A stretch of DNA of 63,996 nt, filler included, from Reclinomonas americana ATCC 50394 (GCA_048213135.1; 14 parts of 14 records of this genome joined end to end with filler, not necessarily neighbours in it), one strand, 5' to 3'; shown: positions 12,216 to 25,115, numbered from the whole stretch's first letter. The notes: generated from the sequence alone by a model not told the origin. A program made the numbers and translations.

Positions 12216-14312
12216 CTATACAACATCTACCATCTCACTGTCAGCGTCGTCGGCCCGCCCTATCAGCACGACTGGGTCCACGTCCATCGAGTCCAAATCG
12301 CTGTCGGTGGCCAGCAGCGGCATCGCCAGTTGTCGCAATCCGGGTCCGCCTTTTATCGCAAAACAAATATCGTCCTCGTCTTCGTCACCGTCGTCACCAC
12401 CAACATTCATGTCGTCCGCGGCCGCAAAGAACACTCGGCCGTCTGTGGAGAACAACTCGTCCTCGTACCAGTCGGCGTCCAGCGCGTCGCGGCCGGCCAT
12501 CTCCACCTCGCGGTCACCGTCGTACGCCGGCGTTGGCGTGTTCGGATCAATCGGGTGGGGCATCGGGGAGAGTGTCGGCGACGGCGACGGCGTGGGCGAC
12601 TTGTCGGCCTGCAGCTGCAGCTGCTGCAAGTGTTGCTGGAGTGTGGGCAGGAAGCGGAGGTCGAGCACAGTCGGCGCGTGCTGCAGCACCGTCACACTCT
12701 GCGGTGGGAGAAAACTGACCATGCGCGGCCGCACATTGATGGTCGCCACTACACGCTGCAGGTCGGTCGCCAGCTCGTCGAGTAGTCTCGGCCGCAAGCG
12801 CAGCATCTCTGCCAAGCACACGCTGCGCATGGCCCTCTCGTCGGTCCTCAGCACTTGCTTGAGTGTCAGCGGATCGTCAAACTGCACACTTCTCAGCGCT
12901 CGATCCTCCTCCACGTGCTCTTCTCGGAAGAGGCCAGCGAAGCAGCGGTGGCGCATCGCCTGTTCGGCAGTGTACCGTGCACCCTCATCGCATACCACGG
13001 CAGCCAGCAAGTCGATCACTGCAACACAGACAGACAGCTGTTGAGAATCCCATACGGTCAGCACAGATTGCGTGCAAGTGCACGTGCACTCACCATCCAA
13101 GTCCGGTCGGTTCTCCGCGAATGCAAAGTACGCCTGCTTGTGCTGCGTGTCGGCCTGCATCCAGTTGTTGAGCTCCGTGCGATGCGTCAACTCGCGACCG
13201 TTCAGCGAGGTGACAAAGAGTGGTCGCCGCAGGTACAGCTCGGCGATCACACAGCCGACGGCAAACATGTCGACAGCAAACGGGTTGTACGCCGTCGCCG
13301 CTTGCCGGTTTCCACCGTTGCCGCAGGCGAGGCACTCTGGTGCACGATACGGCAGCGACACAATGTCGCCACTGAAGCACTGCTCGTCGGAGGGGCACAG
13401 GGGAGCATCGGTGAGGACGCCTCTCGCGATGCCAAAGTCGCACAACTGCATGCAGGCACACACACACAAGTCGCGAGAGTGAGCAATGGTCAGAGACGAC
13501 AATAATGCATGTGAGCCAAACGCACCAGCACTGACTGCTTGTCGGCGTCGAGGAGCAGGTTGAGTGGCTTGATGTCGCGGTGGCACACGCCGAGGCAGTG
13601 TAGTCTGTGCACCTGGCGCACCAGCGAATACGCCAGTCGGCGTGCGGCGGCGTCACCGGCGAGTGGTGAGCTGGGCGACCGGTCTCGCAGCGCACCCGCC
13701 AGTGTACCGCCACTCTCGTACTCAAACACCATGGCAAACTTCTGCATCTCGCTGACACCAGGCAGCGGTGCCACGGGAAACGCGTCGAGCAAGTGTGGTG
13801 CGATTCGACCCTGCAAAAACCCATCGTATGAGTAATGCAACTGCGTCAGAGACAATGCCACAAGGCAGCGTGCGCACCTCTCGTACGGGCAGTCGTCGCG
13901 TGAGGAAGCCATTGACCAACAGCTCACGCACGTATCGCGTTCCTGCCGAGCCTTGAATGTGACTGTCGGGGCGCATGGATCCGTGTCGCATGGCTCGTGG
14001 CTCTTGAATCTTCACCGCCACGGTCTTGTCTGTTTGCTGACACTGGCACAGGCTGTGTGGCGGACAAGGGAGGAGAGAGATGAGAGTCGTGTTGCACAGG
14101 GACGCGCGCAGATTTTACATAAACACGTGCTCACAAGATGGTTCCATATGCACCCGAGGCCAGCTGCGCGTGACACAGAACAAGGAGGCAGTGAGCAAGA
14201 GGAGACACGTGGGCGAGAAGAAACCACGTCGCACCTGTTGATCCAGCAAATATCCATTCGCACTCAACACCGCTCTCCATTGCTCCAAAAACTCGCTGCT
14301 TTGCACCAGCAT
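12216..14312 (-). CDS. Divergent CMGC (MAPK/CDK-like) Ser/Thr protein kinase
   Basis: Spliced motifs LASGAYGTI, VAVK, HRDIKPLNLL, LCDFGIAR, YRAPE, DMFAVGCVIAEL, RYTAEQAMRH; acidic C-terminal tail; start codon uncertain. Confidence 0.85.
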
Positions 14313-14526
14313 CCTAACGTGATCTGCTCTCTCTCTCTCTCTCGTTCGTATGTGAATCTGACAGCCACGGCGGTGGTGTTGTCCAGTGTCAATCTTCTCT
14401 CCGACAACACACAAATTAAAATCGACACTTGGGGGCATGACCGGACGCCATGTGAAACCCGGCAGCGCCAATTGCTCCAGTCACACGTCCTTCCCGTCTT
14501 CCCACCCCCGCCCTGCAACTGACAGG

Positions 14527-15795
14527 ATGCATCTGCTTGCCGTCCGTCGCTTCGCCACCAGCAGTGCGTTTCCCTTCCCGCTTGAGTACCTCTCTGCTCT
14601 GATCGCGATCTCTCATCACCTGCTGTCTGTCTGTCTGCTTGTGTTGGCCTGCGCGACGGACAGCCGTGTCTGCCGGCGCTGTGTCCGAGCGGTTCCTGCT
14701 GCGCTCACTGCTCTTTGTGCCGGGAAACTCAGAGAAGATGCTGCGCAAGGTGATGACGCCAAATGCATCCGTGGTCGATGCACTGGTGCCCGACTTGGAG
14801 GACTCGGTGGCCACGGTGGAGCAAAAGGTGGCAGGGCGACAGCTCCTTGCGCAGTTGCTGCCGGAGCTGCGTGCGAGCGGCAAGTGTGCGTTCTTGTGAT
14901 GGCATGCATGCATTGCATTCGCAGATGACTGATGATCGGATGGTGAAGACGTCATTCCGCGCTTCAACTCGGTGCACAGTGGGCTGCTGGAGGCCGAGTT
15001 GAGTGCACTGGTGGGTCCGCACATTGACGCGGTGCACATTGGCAAGATCGACTCAGCGGAAGATGCGAATCGTCTGTGTGAGGCGGTGGAGAGGGCGGAG
15101 CGCGCCAGTGGGATGCCAGTGGGCTCGTTGCCGGTGCTGCCGACCATTGAGAGCGCGCGGGCGGTGATGGACGTGCGGGAGATTTGCGTGGCGTGCGGGC
15201 CACGGCTGCTGGGACTGGCATTCGGCTGCGACGATTGTTGCGCGCACGCGCTTTTCTCTGGCGTTGCCGAGATCGCCTGACTGACTGACTGACTGTGTCG
15301 AGCGCAGATGCCAGTGACTTGGGCATTGATCGCACCCTCGAGGAGCGAGAGATGGAGTACGCACGCCACGTGATTGGTGTGGCCGCTCGGGCATTCGGTG
15401 TGCTGGCCATTGACACACCACACACGCAGTTTCGCGACCTGGACGCACTCAAGTCCATGACTGAGCGCTCGAAGCAGGCCGGCTTCACCGGTCGTCTGTG
15501 CAGTTTTGTCGTGTCGACAACGGCGTCGCCCACCACGTGTACCTCACCATCCTCGTCTCCCACAGTTCACCCCTCGCAACCCGCCATTGTCAACGCCGTC
15601 TTCTCGCCGTCGGCCTCACAAGTCGAGTTTGCACGTGCCGTCGTGGCGGCCTACGAGGAGAGTGTGCAGCGGGGTCGCGGCTCGACGCAAATTGAGTGGC
15701 GTGGTCACCCGCGCATGGTGGACAAGCCGGTTGTGTTGCAGGCGCAGCGTGTGCTGCAAGCACACTCCAAGATCGCAACCCCCAAGAAGGACTGA
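14527..15795 (+). CDS. CitE/HpcH-HpaI aldolase family (citrate lyase beta-like, CLYBL-like), mitochondrial presequence
   Basis: RSLLFVPGN, DLEDSVA, TIESARAV, AFGCDDYASDLG, AIDTP, GFTGRLCIHPSQ, MVDKPV after removing 4 introns; N-terminus MHLLAVRRFATS. Confidence 0.92.
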
Positions 15796-16042
15796 CTTTT
15801 AAAAGCTTAACATTCGTTTATACGTACGTGTTGTTGGTGATTATTGACCCCACTCTACCTCGCTCTCTCTATATGTCTCTACACTTACACGAGCAGGCGG
15901 TCGATTCTTCCCACGCGGTGATGCAATCGTCACACGCGGAGCGAGACCGGCACGCCGCTCTGTTGTTGTTGTTGTTCTAACAGTCCAAAAAAAAAATGTG
16001 CACGCGCTGGCATGCACCGCTCCGCACAGCGCGGCCTCGAAA

Positions 16043-16538
16043 TTAGTACATGCGGTCGGCATCGGAGCCCGACGACATGGAGCTCGGCGAGTCCGACGAG
16101 GCAGTGGCCGACGGGGAGGCCGAGTCGGTGGCCACTGACGACGATGGTGACGTCTGGTAGATGACCTTGCGCACCGCCAGTGAGACGGCACCGCTGCGTG
16201 CCTGCGGCGAGGTCTTAANNNNNNNNNNNNNNNNNNNNNNNNNNNNNNNNNNNNNNNNNNNNTTAATTAATTAANNNNNNNNNNNNNNNNNNNNNNNNNN
16301 NNNNNNNNNNNNNNNNNNGGCGGGTCACGCGGAACGAGCTGCCGCGGAGGCGGGTCGAAGCTGTGGGGCTCGAGGGTGGGCTCGTTTGACCCGAGGACAC
16401 AGCGCGCATGCCGCTCTTGATGCCGCTGCTGCCGACCGATGGGGACGACGACATGCCTGCCGCGCCACTCTGCATGGCCTTGAAGCCAGCGCTGCCAGTC
16501 GAGGAGCCGTCTTGGGAGAAGGTGCGGTAGCCGATCAT
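16043..16538 (-). CDS. Ser-rich hypothetical protein; 5' and 3' pieces on either side of a gap
   Basis: MIGYRTFSQDGSSTGS... from 16538 into the gap; ...LAVRKVIYQTSPSSS...DRMY* ends at 16043. Joining the two is inference. Confidence 0.4.
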
Positions 16539-17580
16539 GATGATGTGTTGGTGGTGGTCTTACACACAGAAAAAAAGCTGGCGAGGGAGAAGAGAGAAGA
16601 GTGTGATTAGTACAACGGTGGATGCACGAGATGGCGACACGCTCACAACGACGACGACGATCATGATGATAATGATGCTAAGGTGATGGTGGCTGGGAGA
16701 CACGCGGTGAGTCGGGCACAAAAACACGGGGGGCTGCCTCGAGAGAGGCACCCGCGGTGGGGACAAGACGCGTAGATCGGGAAGGGAGGCACCAACCTTG
16801 GCGGTCTAGGGTGGAGGGGGCAAGTGGGCTTCTCTCGCAACGCTTGATTGAACTGAGTGTGCTGACAACGAATGTGAGCGATGAATGTGATCGACGCGGG
16901 TTTCTAGACGACGCGCAGCGAGTTGTCTCGACCTCCCGATATACTTCGGACACCACCCCGCATATCGAGGTCGATAGAGTGTGTGCGGGGGGGCGGATCA
17001 TGATGTGGTGGAGCTGCACGCACGCACCGGTGGAGAGGTCGCGACAAGTGCGATTGTGGTGCGAGACGAACATTCCGAACCCAACAACGGTTTTTGCACA
17101 AAAGAACTGCTGCATCGCGAAGACGAGGTGAGGTGAGGAGGTGGTGGAGGGCAGGGGGCACTGTCGGTAATGCACACGGTGGTGCAGCACAGCTTGCGCC
17201 AATAGAAAGAGGGACGGATTTGAAGAGGAGAACGACGAATTTCTTCGGAAGGTACAGTTTGCCCGGACACCCATTTTAGGCATCCCAAACACAGTCTCTT
17301 GTTGGAATCAGAACAGAGACAATAGGTGGATTGAGACAGCAGTAGCATTGCTGTGTGGTGGGATGAGATGTACGCCGCGTGCAAGGCGTGGGGGTTTCGT
17401 TCGAAAAATAATGCCAGTATCAGGCATGTCGGTTTTCCCTTTCCTGTGCAAGCGTGCTGCAAGGTGCCTCTGTTCGTGGTTATCCAGCGAGGCCTTACAC
17501 CATCACAGCTGCCTACAAGAGAAGAGACGCTTGCTCCGCGGCTTGTTCGAATTCGAAGTCCCGAGAGCAAATACACGCCA

Positions 17581-17874
17581 GCAACAATTCAACAACGAAT
17601 TCATTCACCAACAGCTGTCTTGATGACTAAGTCCAACCATATCCAATACAACAACAACAACAACAACAACTTTACTAATCCAAACAGCAACACAGCTGCA
17701 TGATGATCACCATCTTGTCAACACAAACACCAATCTTGAGGCAGCAGAAGGTTCCTTGTGTGTGGAGCTCCGGATCCGAACAAGTTGAGAACCGCGATCT
17801 TCACCGCATTATGTGCATGTTTGGATATGGTTGGACTTGGTCATCAAGACAGCTGTCGGTTGCTTGTTTGTTGC
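17581..17874 (+). ncRNA. Long stem-loop (36-bp inverted repeat); candidate pre-miRNA/hpRNA, or a MITE remnant
   Basis: 17611-17646 is the reverse complement of 17821-17856 except one position, which is a U.G wobble on the + strand; outer pairing GCAACAA (17581-17587) with TTGTTGC (17868-17874). Confidence 0.5.
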
Positions 17875-19010
17875 TACGAGGTGGTCTTGTTCGATGTCGA
17901 TATCGGTATCGCCGCGTCAGTGATATCAATGTCGAGGATCTTGGCATTCGCAAACAGCGACATGATCCAAGCAGCATCAGCAGCTACAGGATGATCACCC
18001 TTCAAGTGAGCACCGGAAACTGAGAGATATCACAGAGAGGCAGTTCGAGAAAAGTGATGGCGTTTCTGCGAGAAAGCACGATTCGCTCTGTGGCGGACTC
18101 CCTGTATCACCACCCTCACCGCCGCTGCCAGCGCTGCAGCTGCCGAAGTAAGGCCCACATGACCATTGAGCTGTCTCCGCAAATCTGTCGGCGCCCTGAC
18201 GCACGCGCGCGCGCGCACAGCGGACAACAACATCGATTCCGGAGCGCTGTGTAACAACCCCTGTGTGCCACTGGAAGAATGTCGAATACGAAGATTCCCT
18301 CGAGCTGCTGCTCCCCCCTGCACGTGGCACCCGAGCTTCCTCCCTCCTCGCACACACACACGGAAAGATCCCGTAACAAGGAATATTGGAATCTGCACTC
18401 ACACAAATCTTCCCGCGCTGCGCTGGTGGTGGCGCGCTGCGACTGCGCATCCGCGTGTACACCGCTGACCGCGCTCTCCGAGTCGTTCTGAGGGCAAGGT
18501 GCCCGGCCGTCGTCCACGCATCGAACATGATGGGTATTTTGATTACTTTTCTCAAACTCCGCCTGGCGCACTGCAGCACTGCGACACAGCACAGTCGCCG
18601 CTGCATCCTCGCCACCGCACCCCTTGGAAGCTGCATCTTGATACCGACGACGTGCACTGGATTCCACGGGCGGTGGTGCGTGCACGAGAGCGGGAAAACT
18701 GACGCGACGTCTGCTGGTGCCAGCGCTAGCAGTTCGTTTGCGATCTCGTGCACCCAGGCGACCTCCCTCACCACGACGACCACCACCACCCTCACCCCCT
18801 TCACATTCTCTACACGAGGATCTCTCCTGCCACCTCATGGGGACCGCCGCATTCCACGTGCAACAAAAAAGAAACCTCGACACCGGAGATGCGATTCGCC
18901 GATCCACATCTCCGGTGTTAATTTTTTTCTTCCACGATCACATGCTGAGCGAAGGTTTTCCACCTCTGCCACCATCCTTTTCCTACACTGCCCACGGCAA
19001 CAGCACCCGT

Positions 19011-21063
19011 ATGGACGCAGTGATGATGAGCAGCAGCAGCAGCGCCTCCGCTGCGTCAAGTACTGCTGCACCGCCAACACCTCTGACGACTGGTGCACTC
19101 GCCACTGCTGCACCACCGCGCAACCGCAAGCGCCTAGCGCGCCCCACTGATGATGATGATGGCGACGACGATGATGCCGACTATGAAGTAGGCATGGACG
19201 AGGAGGAGGAGGAAGACGACGAGGAGGAAGAAGAAGAGAGAAAAAAGACAATACTCTCGTCCACTCCTCCTCCGCTCAAACGCGCGCACACCATGGCCGC
19301 GCCTTCCTCGCATCATCTGCATCATGTGGCGTTGCCGGTGCTTGATCGCAGCACTATTCCTCAGGAGAAGCTGGCGTTGCGTCTCTCTTTATATATTGAC
19401 TACTGTCACAGTCGCGCTGATTTTTGCGCGCGCATGTGTGTGTTCCGTTGAATGTCGAGAGTGTGAGAGAGGCACTTGTTTGAATTCCCTTTTCACCTTC
19501 TTGCGCGCTGTCTGTGTGTCTCTGTGCACGCTCCATCGTCATCCTCCATCACGCTCTGTGTGTGTATCAGTGTCGAGAGAGAATGATGCCGGGAATCCAT
19601 GAGGTGTTCGAATCTCCCGTGTCGAGAGACCTCCTTTCCCCTTTCTCTCTCTGTTGTCTCTCCAGTGTGTGTGTGGCGCGCAGTGTTTCCATCTTGTCTA
19701 TCTGTCTCTCTGTGTGTGTTTGTGTGCGAGGATTGTTTGTGTGGTAGCTTTTCAAGCTTCTCACACACAAGTGTCGCACAACAGAATCGTGGCTGAATTG
19801 CGGAAAAAGCGGCGGTTTGTCTGGAGCGATGAACTGCACCAGAGGTTCTTGGAGGCGCTGGCGCTGCTCGAGCCGGACGATGGTGTGTATCGTCTGCACG
19901 TATTACGGTGTTCGTCGTGCGCGTGTTTGTTTTCCTCACATTGGGCCGGCGCAGTGGGACCCAAGAACATCCACGCGCTGATGGCCGACGTGCCCGATCT
20001 TACCACCGATCACGTCAAGTCGGTGAGTTTTGCTCTCGAATACCGTTCTTTTCTTTTGCTGTATGCTCACGTGCGTATTGAATACAGCACTTGCAAAAAT
20101 TCCGCCAGTCGGTGCGTCGCCAGCAACAGCACCCGACATCGGGCTCTGCGGCGGCGGCAGTGGCGGCAGCAGCAGCAGCCGCCTCCTCCATGTCGTTGTC
20201 ACGGCAACCGCGGATGCAGTCGGAGCTCAAGTCCGTCGTGCGCAGCATGTTGCCCACGTCGGCTTCTCTGCCGTCGCTGAGTGACATGGGCAGCGCTCGC
20301 TCGCCGCTGCTCTCCCGTTCCGCACCACTCGAGTCATCTCCACTCGCCAAGGGTCTGGCCCTCCCGCCGCACGCTCTTCTCCCTCCTCCTGCCTCTTCTT
20401 CTTCCGCCGCGGCGGCAGCAGCAGCAGCAGCAGCCGCGGCAGGCACGGCGACTCCCATGCTGCAGGCCTCCGACTTGTCGCCGAGCCGATTGCCGAATCA
20501 CCCGTCGGGTGCTTCGTGGGACGAGGGCTCCTGCTCCATGTCGACATCGTCGTCGTCGTCGGCACTGGACGTGTTGAGTGAGATCGCCACGCAGCTGGAC
20601 CAGCAGAGCGCAGTCGTCGAGTCCGCCGCACCTCCATCGGCACAGTCGATGCTGTGCGCCAGCGGCGGTGGCGTGTCGTCGAGCGTGTCACGCCAGAACA
20701 ACACTGGCAGCCACGGACGCGCCGGCCACTACGATCCCGACTCGGCCCGCAACACACCATCGCGCCCCGCCCCGTCACCGACGATTGTCGCTCCGTCACC
20801 GCATGCCATGCGTGCCGTGTCACCATCACCAGCCGTGCCGTCGCTGCCAGCCGCTCTGTTCGAGTCGTGGGACTTGTCGACGGCCCTCGGCTGCCTCAGC
20901 AACACACAACTCACGTTGCCGGCGGGCTTTGATCGTTGCGTCAGTCTGTTTTCTTTTCATGCATACCCGCCCATTTATACTCACCTGGCATCGCAAACGC
21001 GCAGAGAGTAACCCGTTCTCGTGGCTTGCTCTTGGATTCCAGCTCGGCCGCAACTCGTCATAA
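19011..21063 (+). CDS. GARP/G2-like (SHAQKYF-class MYB-like) transcription factor
   Basis: Spliced domain KKRRFVWSDELHQRFLEALALL...VGPKNIHALMADVPDLTTDHVKSHLQKFR; acidic N-terminus; Ala/Ser/Pro-rich C-terminus; at least 4 introns. Confidence 0.9.
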
Positions 21064-21268
21064 NNNNNNNNNNNNNNNNNNNNNNNNNNNNNNNNNNNNN
21101 NNNNNNNTTAATTAATTAANNNNNNNNNNNNNNNNNNNNNNNNNNNNNNNNNNNNNNNNNNNNACGTTCGGTACCGTACCGTACCTACCGGGTACGGGAC
21201 GGTACCGTCGTCCGACTACGACGTCGTCGTCGTAGAGTAAGAAGAAAGAAGAAGAGAGAGACGACGAC

Positions 21269-21270
<2 letters not shown>

Positions 21271-21331
<61 letters not shown>
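21271..21331. repeat. (CA)n microsatellite in an intron
   Basis: About 30 perfect CA units; similar CA/GA tracts occur in introns throughout. Confidence 0.95.
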
Positions 21332-21332
<1 letters not shown>

Positions 21333-21333
<1 letters not shown>

Positions 21334-21447
21334 CTTCATGAAGAGTGGCATTTGATCAATCTCGTCAATGGTGCGCGGTGTCCATCCGGGTGGTCGGAAC
21401 GAGTCCACATCCAGCGCATCCCACGAGTCACTGTCTTCCTCGCCCAT
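21333..21447 (-). CDS. First exon of a possible TTC4/Cns1-like TPR co-chaperone
   Basis: MGEEDSDSWDALDVDSF...DEIDQMPLFMK; the PLFM motif resembles the TTC4/Cns1 N-terminus; the rest is lost in a gap. Confidence 0.4.
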
Positions 21448-21672
21448 CTCTTCTCCCTCTCACCTCGTCTCTTCTCTCACTTGAGCTAATCGATGATTGC
21501 GTGACACATGACAAAACAAGAAACACTTCACTCGAAACAAAAATGGTACACAGCAACGTTAACAAAGAAAGGGCAACAACAGAAAGGGGACGCTGGAAAA
21601 ACAAAGCAAAACAGCCGGCAGAGAAAAAACACGAGGTCAAGACGACGCTGGTCGTCGCGCTCAGAAGTCGCT

Positions 21673-24600
21673 TCAAGCGCAGCTGAAGGTCACATCGAGC
21701 ACGCGCATGCCAATGCACTGCGTCTCAAAGTCGCTGAGCTCCGTGATGCACTCGTTCAGCGACTTGCAGTGCGACGACACGTCGGCGGTGTGGTCCAGAA
21801 TGGCCGTGCAGCTGCTCGGGTCGGTGGCCGAAGGGCTGGGGCAGCCGTCAGCCTGGTTCGCCGGGCGACCAAGCGCGTTCGAGACGCTCACAGTCTGGCC
21901 CGCCGGGCACCGGATGTTGGCCGAGTAGAAGCCACCGCAGGTGCGGCTCGTCATGGCTGTGGGGAAGACGACCAACAGCGGTTAGCAGCAGAAACGGTAT
22001 GCAACAACAGGAGGTACACGAGACGCAACAAGACGGGGCGGGGGTGGACGACGAAGAAGACGACGACGACGAGCTAGAGCTGGAGCTGGAGCTGGCGGTC
22101 GAGTCAGTGTTGCTCGGGGCGGTGGGGGCGGTGGTGGTGCTGCCGCTCGACGAGGAGGAGCTCGACGAGGACGACGAGGACGACGACGACGAGGTGTTGC
22201 TAGAAGCAGCACCAGTGCTCTGGCTCAGGTCCAGGGAGGCACCGGCCGGGGCGCAGGCGTACTGCACCTCGAGCACGCGGCTCGTGAGGCAAGTCGAGGC
22301 AAACTCGTAGTCAAGAGCCGACTGCATGCAGTTGGTCTTGCCGTTGCACACCAGTGCCACCGTCGGCGTCACGTTGGTCACGTACTGGCAGTCCGAGGTC
22401 GCCGCAGGGCAGCCGTCAGCTGTTGGTGGGAGGTTCACGTGAGCTTCAATGAATCTCAAGCAGGGGAATGGCAAGACACGAAATGTGGACGCAACATTGG
22501 TTGGCACCGCGGAGCACAGCCGAGAGGACTGTGGCCACCTCGCCGGCGTTGTGGCACACCACCGACACCGTGAAGTCACCGCACGCGCGCACAGTGTCAA
22601 TGGTCGACGGCACAGCCACGCTCGGCGCCGGTGTGCTGCTGGTCGAGCCACTGCTGCTGCTGCTGCTGCCAGAAGCGGGGGCAGTCGAGCCCGACGATGA
22701 CGACGACGACGACGAGCTGCTGCTGCTGCTGCTGCTGCTCGACGACGACGAAGACGACGAAGACGACGAGTCAGCGGGGGCCGACGAGGAGGGCGACTCA
22801 GCAGCCGTGGAGCTGCCAGTGTCGGCGGTCGGGCCGTCAGACACGCTGTTCGACGCCGGAGCCACAGTGCAGTCAAACTGAGTTTTGTCGCGAATGTCAG
22901 CCACACACACAGGGTGAGAGCAGTACAAAAATAATAAGGCCGACGCAACGTTGACTTCCACCGAGCGCTGCGCCGTGCACGAGTCCGGAGCCTCGTAGTT
23001 GTTCCAGTTGAAGATGCAAGCCGTCTGCTGGCCGTTGCACAGGGTCTGGATCGGCGTGGTGATGTTGTTCATGCTCGTGCACGGCGACACGGCAATGACG
23101 TTGTTGCAGCCGTCGGCCTGCGTCGAGCCGCGGATCACAGCCGAGTTCACCTTGACGTACAGGTTGCTCGGGCACAACAGGCCAGTAATGATGCCGGAGC
23201 AACCGCGCGCCACCAGGCCAAGAATCGCACTGCCACTCGGGTTCGGTGGCGGGCCTGGCGGCGGGTTCGGGTTGGGGAACGGGTTCGGCACCGGCACCAC
23301 AGTCGGCTGGCACGTGTACAAAATGTACAGCGCACGCGAGTTCGAGCACATGCTCGGCGCCTCGACGTTGGCCACCGACTGCGGGCACGTAGTCAGCCCG
23401 TTGCACTGGGCAGCCACCTGGTTGTACACGTTGTTCACTGCCAGGCATCCAGCTCCAGCCGCCGGGCAAGCATCGGCTGCACAGTTTGTTGACAGTGAGG
23501 AAACGAGTGTGTAAAGCACACAATCATCGTGTAAAACAACGCACCAGCAGTCGAGCCGCGGACATCAGCCGCGAAAATGGTAATCACACCGGCGCTGCAA
23601 GTCGGCTGCGCAGTTCCGCTGCCGCAAGTCCTGCAAAAACAGAAAAGCAATGAGCAACCACGACGCACTCGGAAAAGTGTGCATGCGCAGCAACGCACTT
23701 GGCCAAGTAGATGCCGTTCGGTGGGACCGGTGGCGGCGGCACTGGGTTGGTCGAACCGCAAATGTACTGCGCGGGATGGAGAAAAAAATGTCAGCAACCC
23801 AATCCTCCTCTCATTCCACGATTTCATCGACANNNNNNNNNNNNNNNNNNNNNNNNNNNNNNNNNNNNNNNNNNNNTTAATTAATTAANNNNNNNNNNNN
23901 NNNNNNNNNNNNNNNNNNNNNNNNNNNNNNNNTGCCCCAGCAGTTGTCGCTCGAGGTGTTGTCGCAGCGATCGCGCAGCTGCTGCGTCACGTCAACGACG
24001 CGGTGGCAGGCCGGGTTGCGCCCAGTGGTGTAGGGGCTGGTGCCGGGCTCCACGGGGAAGTTGAGCTCCTTCAGCGACTGGTAGTCGTGGTTGATGGTGA
24101 GCAGGTTGCACTGGTCCTCCTCAAAGGCCGGACGCAGGCGAGCGCGGAGCACCAGCGGCACCGAATCGGCAGGGCACGAGAGGCCAGCCGCCAGGCCGGG
24201 GCAGGCGGCCTTGCGAGTCACAAACGGCGGAGGGGACGGCCAGACGAGGTTCGAGCTGTCCGCATCGTGGTACTTGTCGTTGTGCGCCTCCAGCGAGCTG
24301 TACTTGTGACCATCGGCGGGCACCGGGTCGTACAAAATGCCCCTGCTGCGGTGCTTGTGGCCGCTGCCCAGGTAGGCACGTCCACCATTGTTGTAGCGGC
24401 CGCCACGGCTGCCGCGGCTGCCACTGTAGTACAGGTCGTCGCTGTCGTAGTCGCGATCGCCGTCCACATCCCAATAGTCCGAAGTCACGAGCGCATTGTA
24501 CTCCTCGCCGCCATGGTGCGGCGGGCGATACGCGGGACCACCAGCAGACGCATACTGCGACTGGCCAGAGCCAAACGCGTACGAAGGAGCAACAGCAGGA

Positions 24601-24782
24601 GCATAGTCAAAGTTGTCGTACGGTCCAGGTGCCGGATCGTAATACGACGATGGATCAGCGTAGCCGGCGAATCCGGCGTAGCCGCCCTGTGCGGCACTCA
24701 AAAGTGCGCAAGTCGATACTGCAAGCACTGCTGCGGCGAGCAGCAGCAGAGGCAGCCGTGTGAGCTGGCGTCGTTGTCCCAT
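21673..24782 (-). CDS. Secreted protein with five tandem SUEL/rhamnose-binding-lectin-like (Gal_Lectin) domains
   Basis: Signal peptide at 24782; Tyr/Gly/Asp-rich region; five roughly 90-aa Cys-patterned repeats (C...C...A.GC...C.G...C...C...L.V.Y.C) separated by Pro- or Ser-rich linkers; the first domain is completed across gap 23833-23932 (YIC exon). Confidence 0.75.
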
Positions 24783-25115
24783 CTTACAAAATTCAGGACA
24801 ACCGTCTGCATAAACCAAAAACCACACAAACGGGAAGGAGGGAAATCAGCACACTGTAGGCAATAGCACAGAGGCACACAGGCGTGTTGGGCAAGGTGTG
24901 CTGCGCGCGTGTGTGTGAAACGGAGGAATGCCAAGCCACCAACACGCACCTTCTCTTCTCTCGACAAACACCGAAAAAGATTACAAATCCAGTTTTCGTT
25001 ACGTCCCAACCTGACTGTAAGCGTGCGTTTCCCGCGAATCCATGCCCGCCGCGTCTCGACCTCGCGTTACAAACATTAGCGCGGGAATTCATTTTCTCTT
25101 TTACCTACAAAGCCA

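Noticed and set aside
17541..17560. GTTCGAAT as a tRNA T-loop
   Set aside because: No cloverleaf, acceptor stem or D-arm can be built; no tRNA, rRNA or snRNA gene was recognised in the window.
21164..21270. Odd GTAC/GTC-rich quasi-palindromic sequence
   Set aside because: Lies at a contig end right after a long (CA)n; looks like low-quality read noise.
25028..25088. E2F-like TTTSSCGC words in intergenic DNA (also 2414-2421 and 45831-45838)
   Set aside because: Several such 8-mers are expected by chance at this GC content, and the adjacent genes are not cell-cycle genes.
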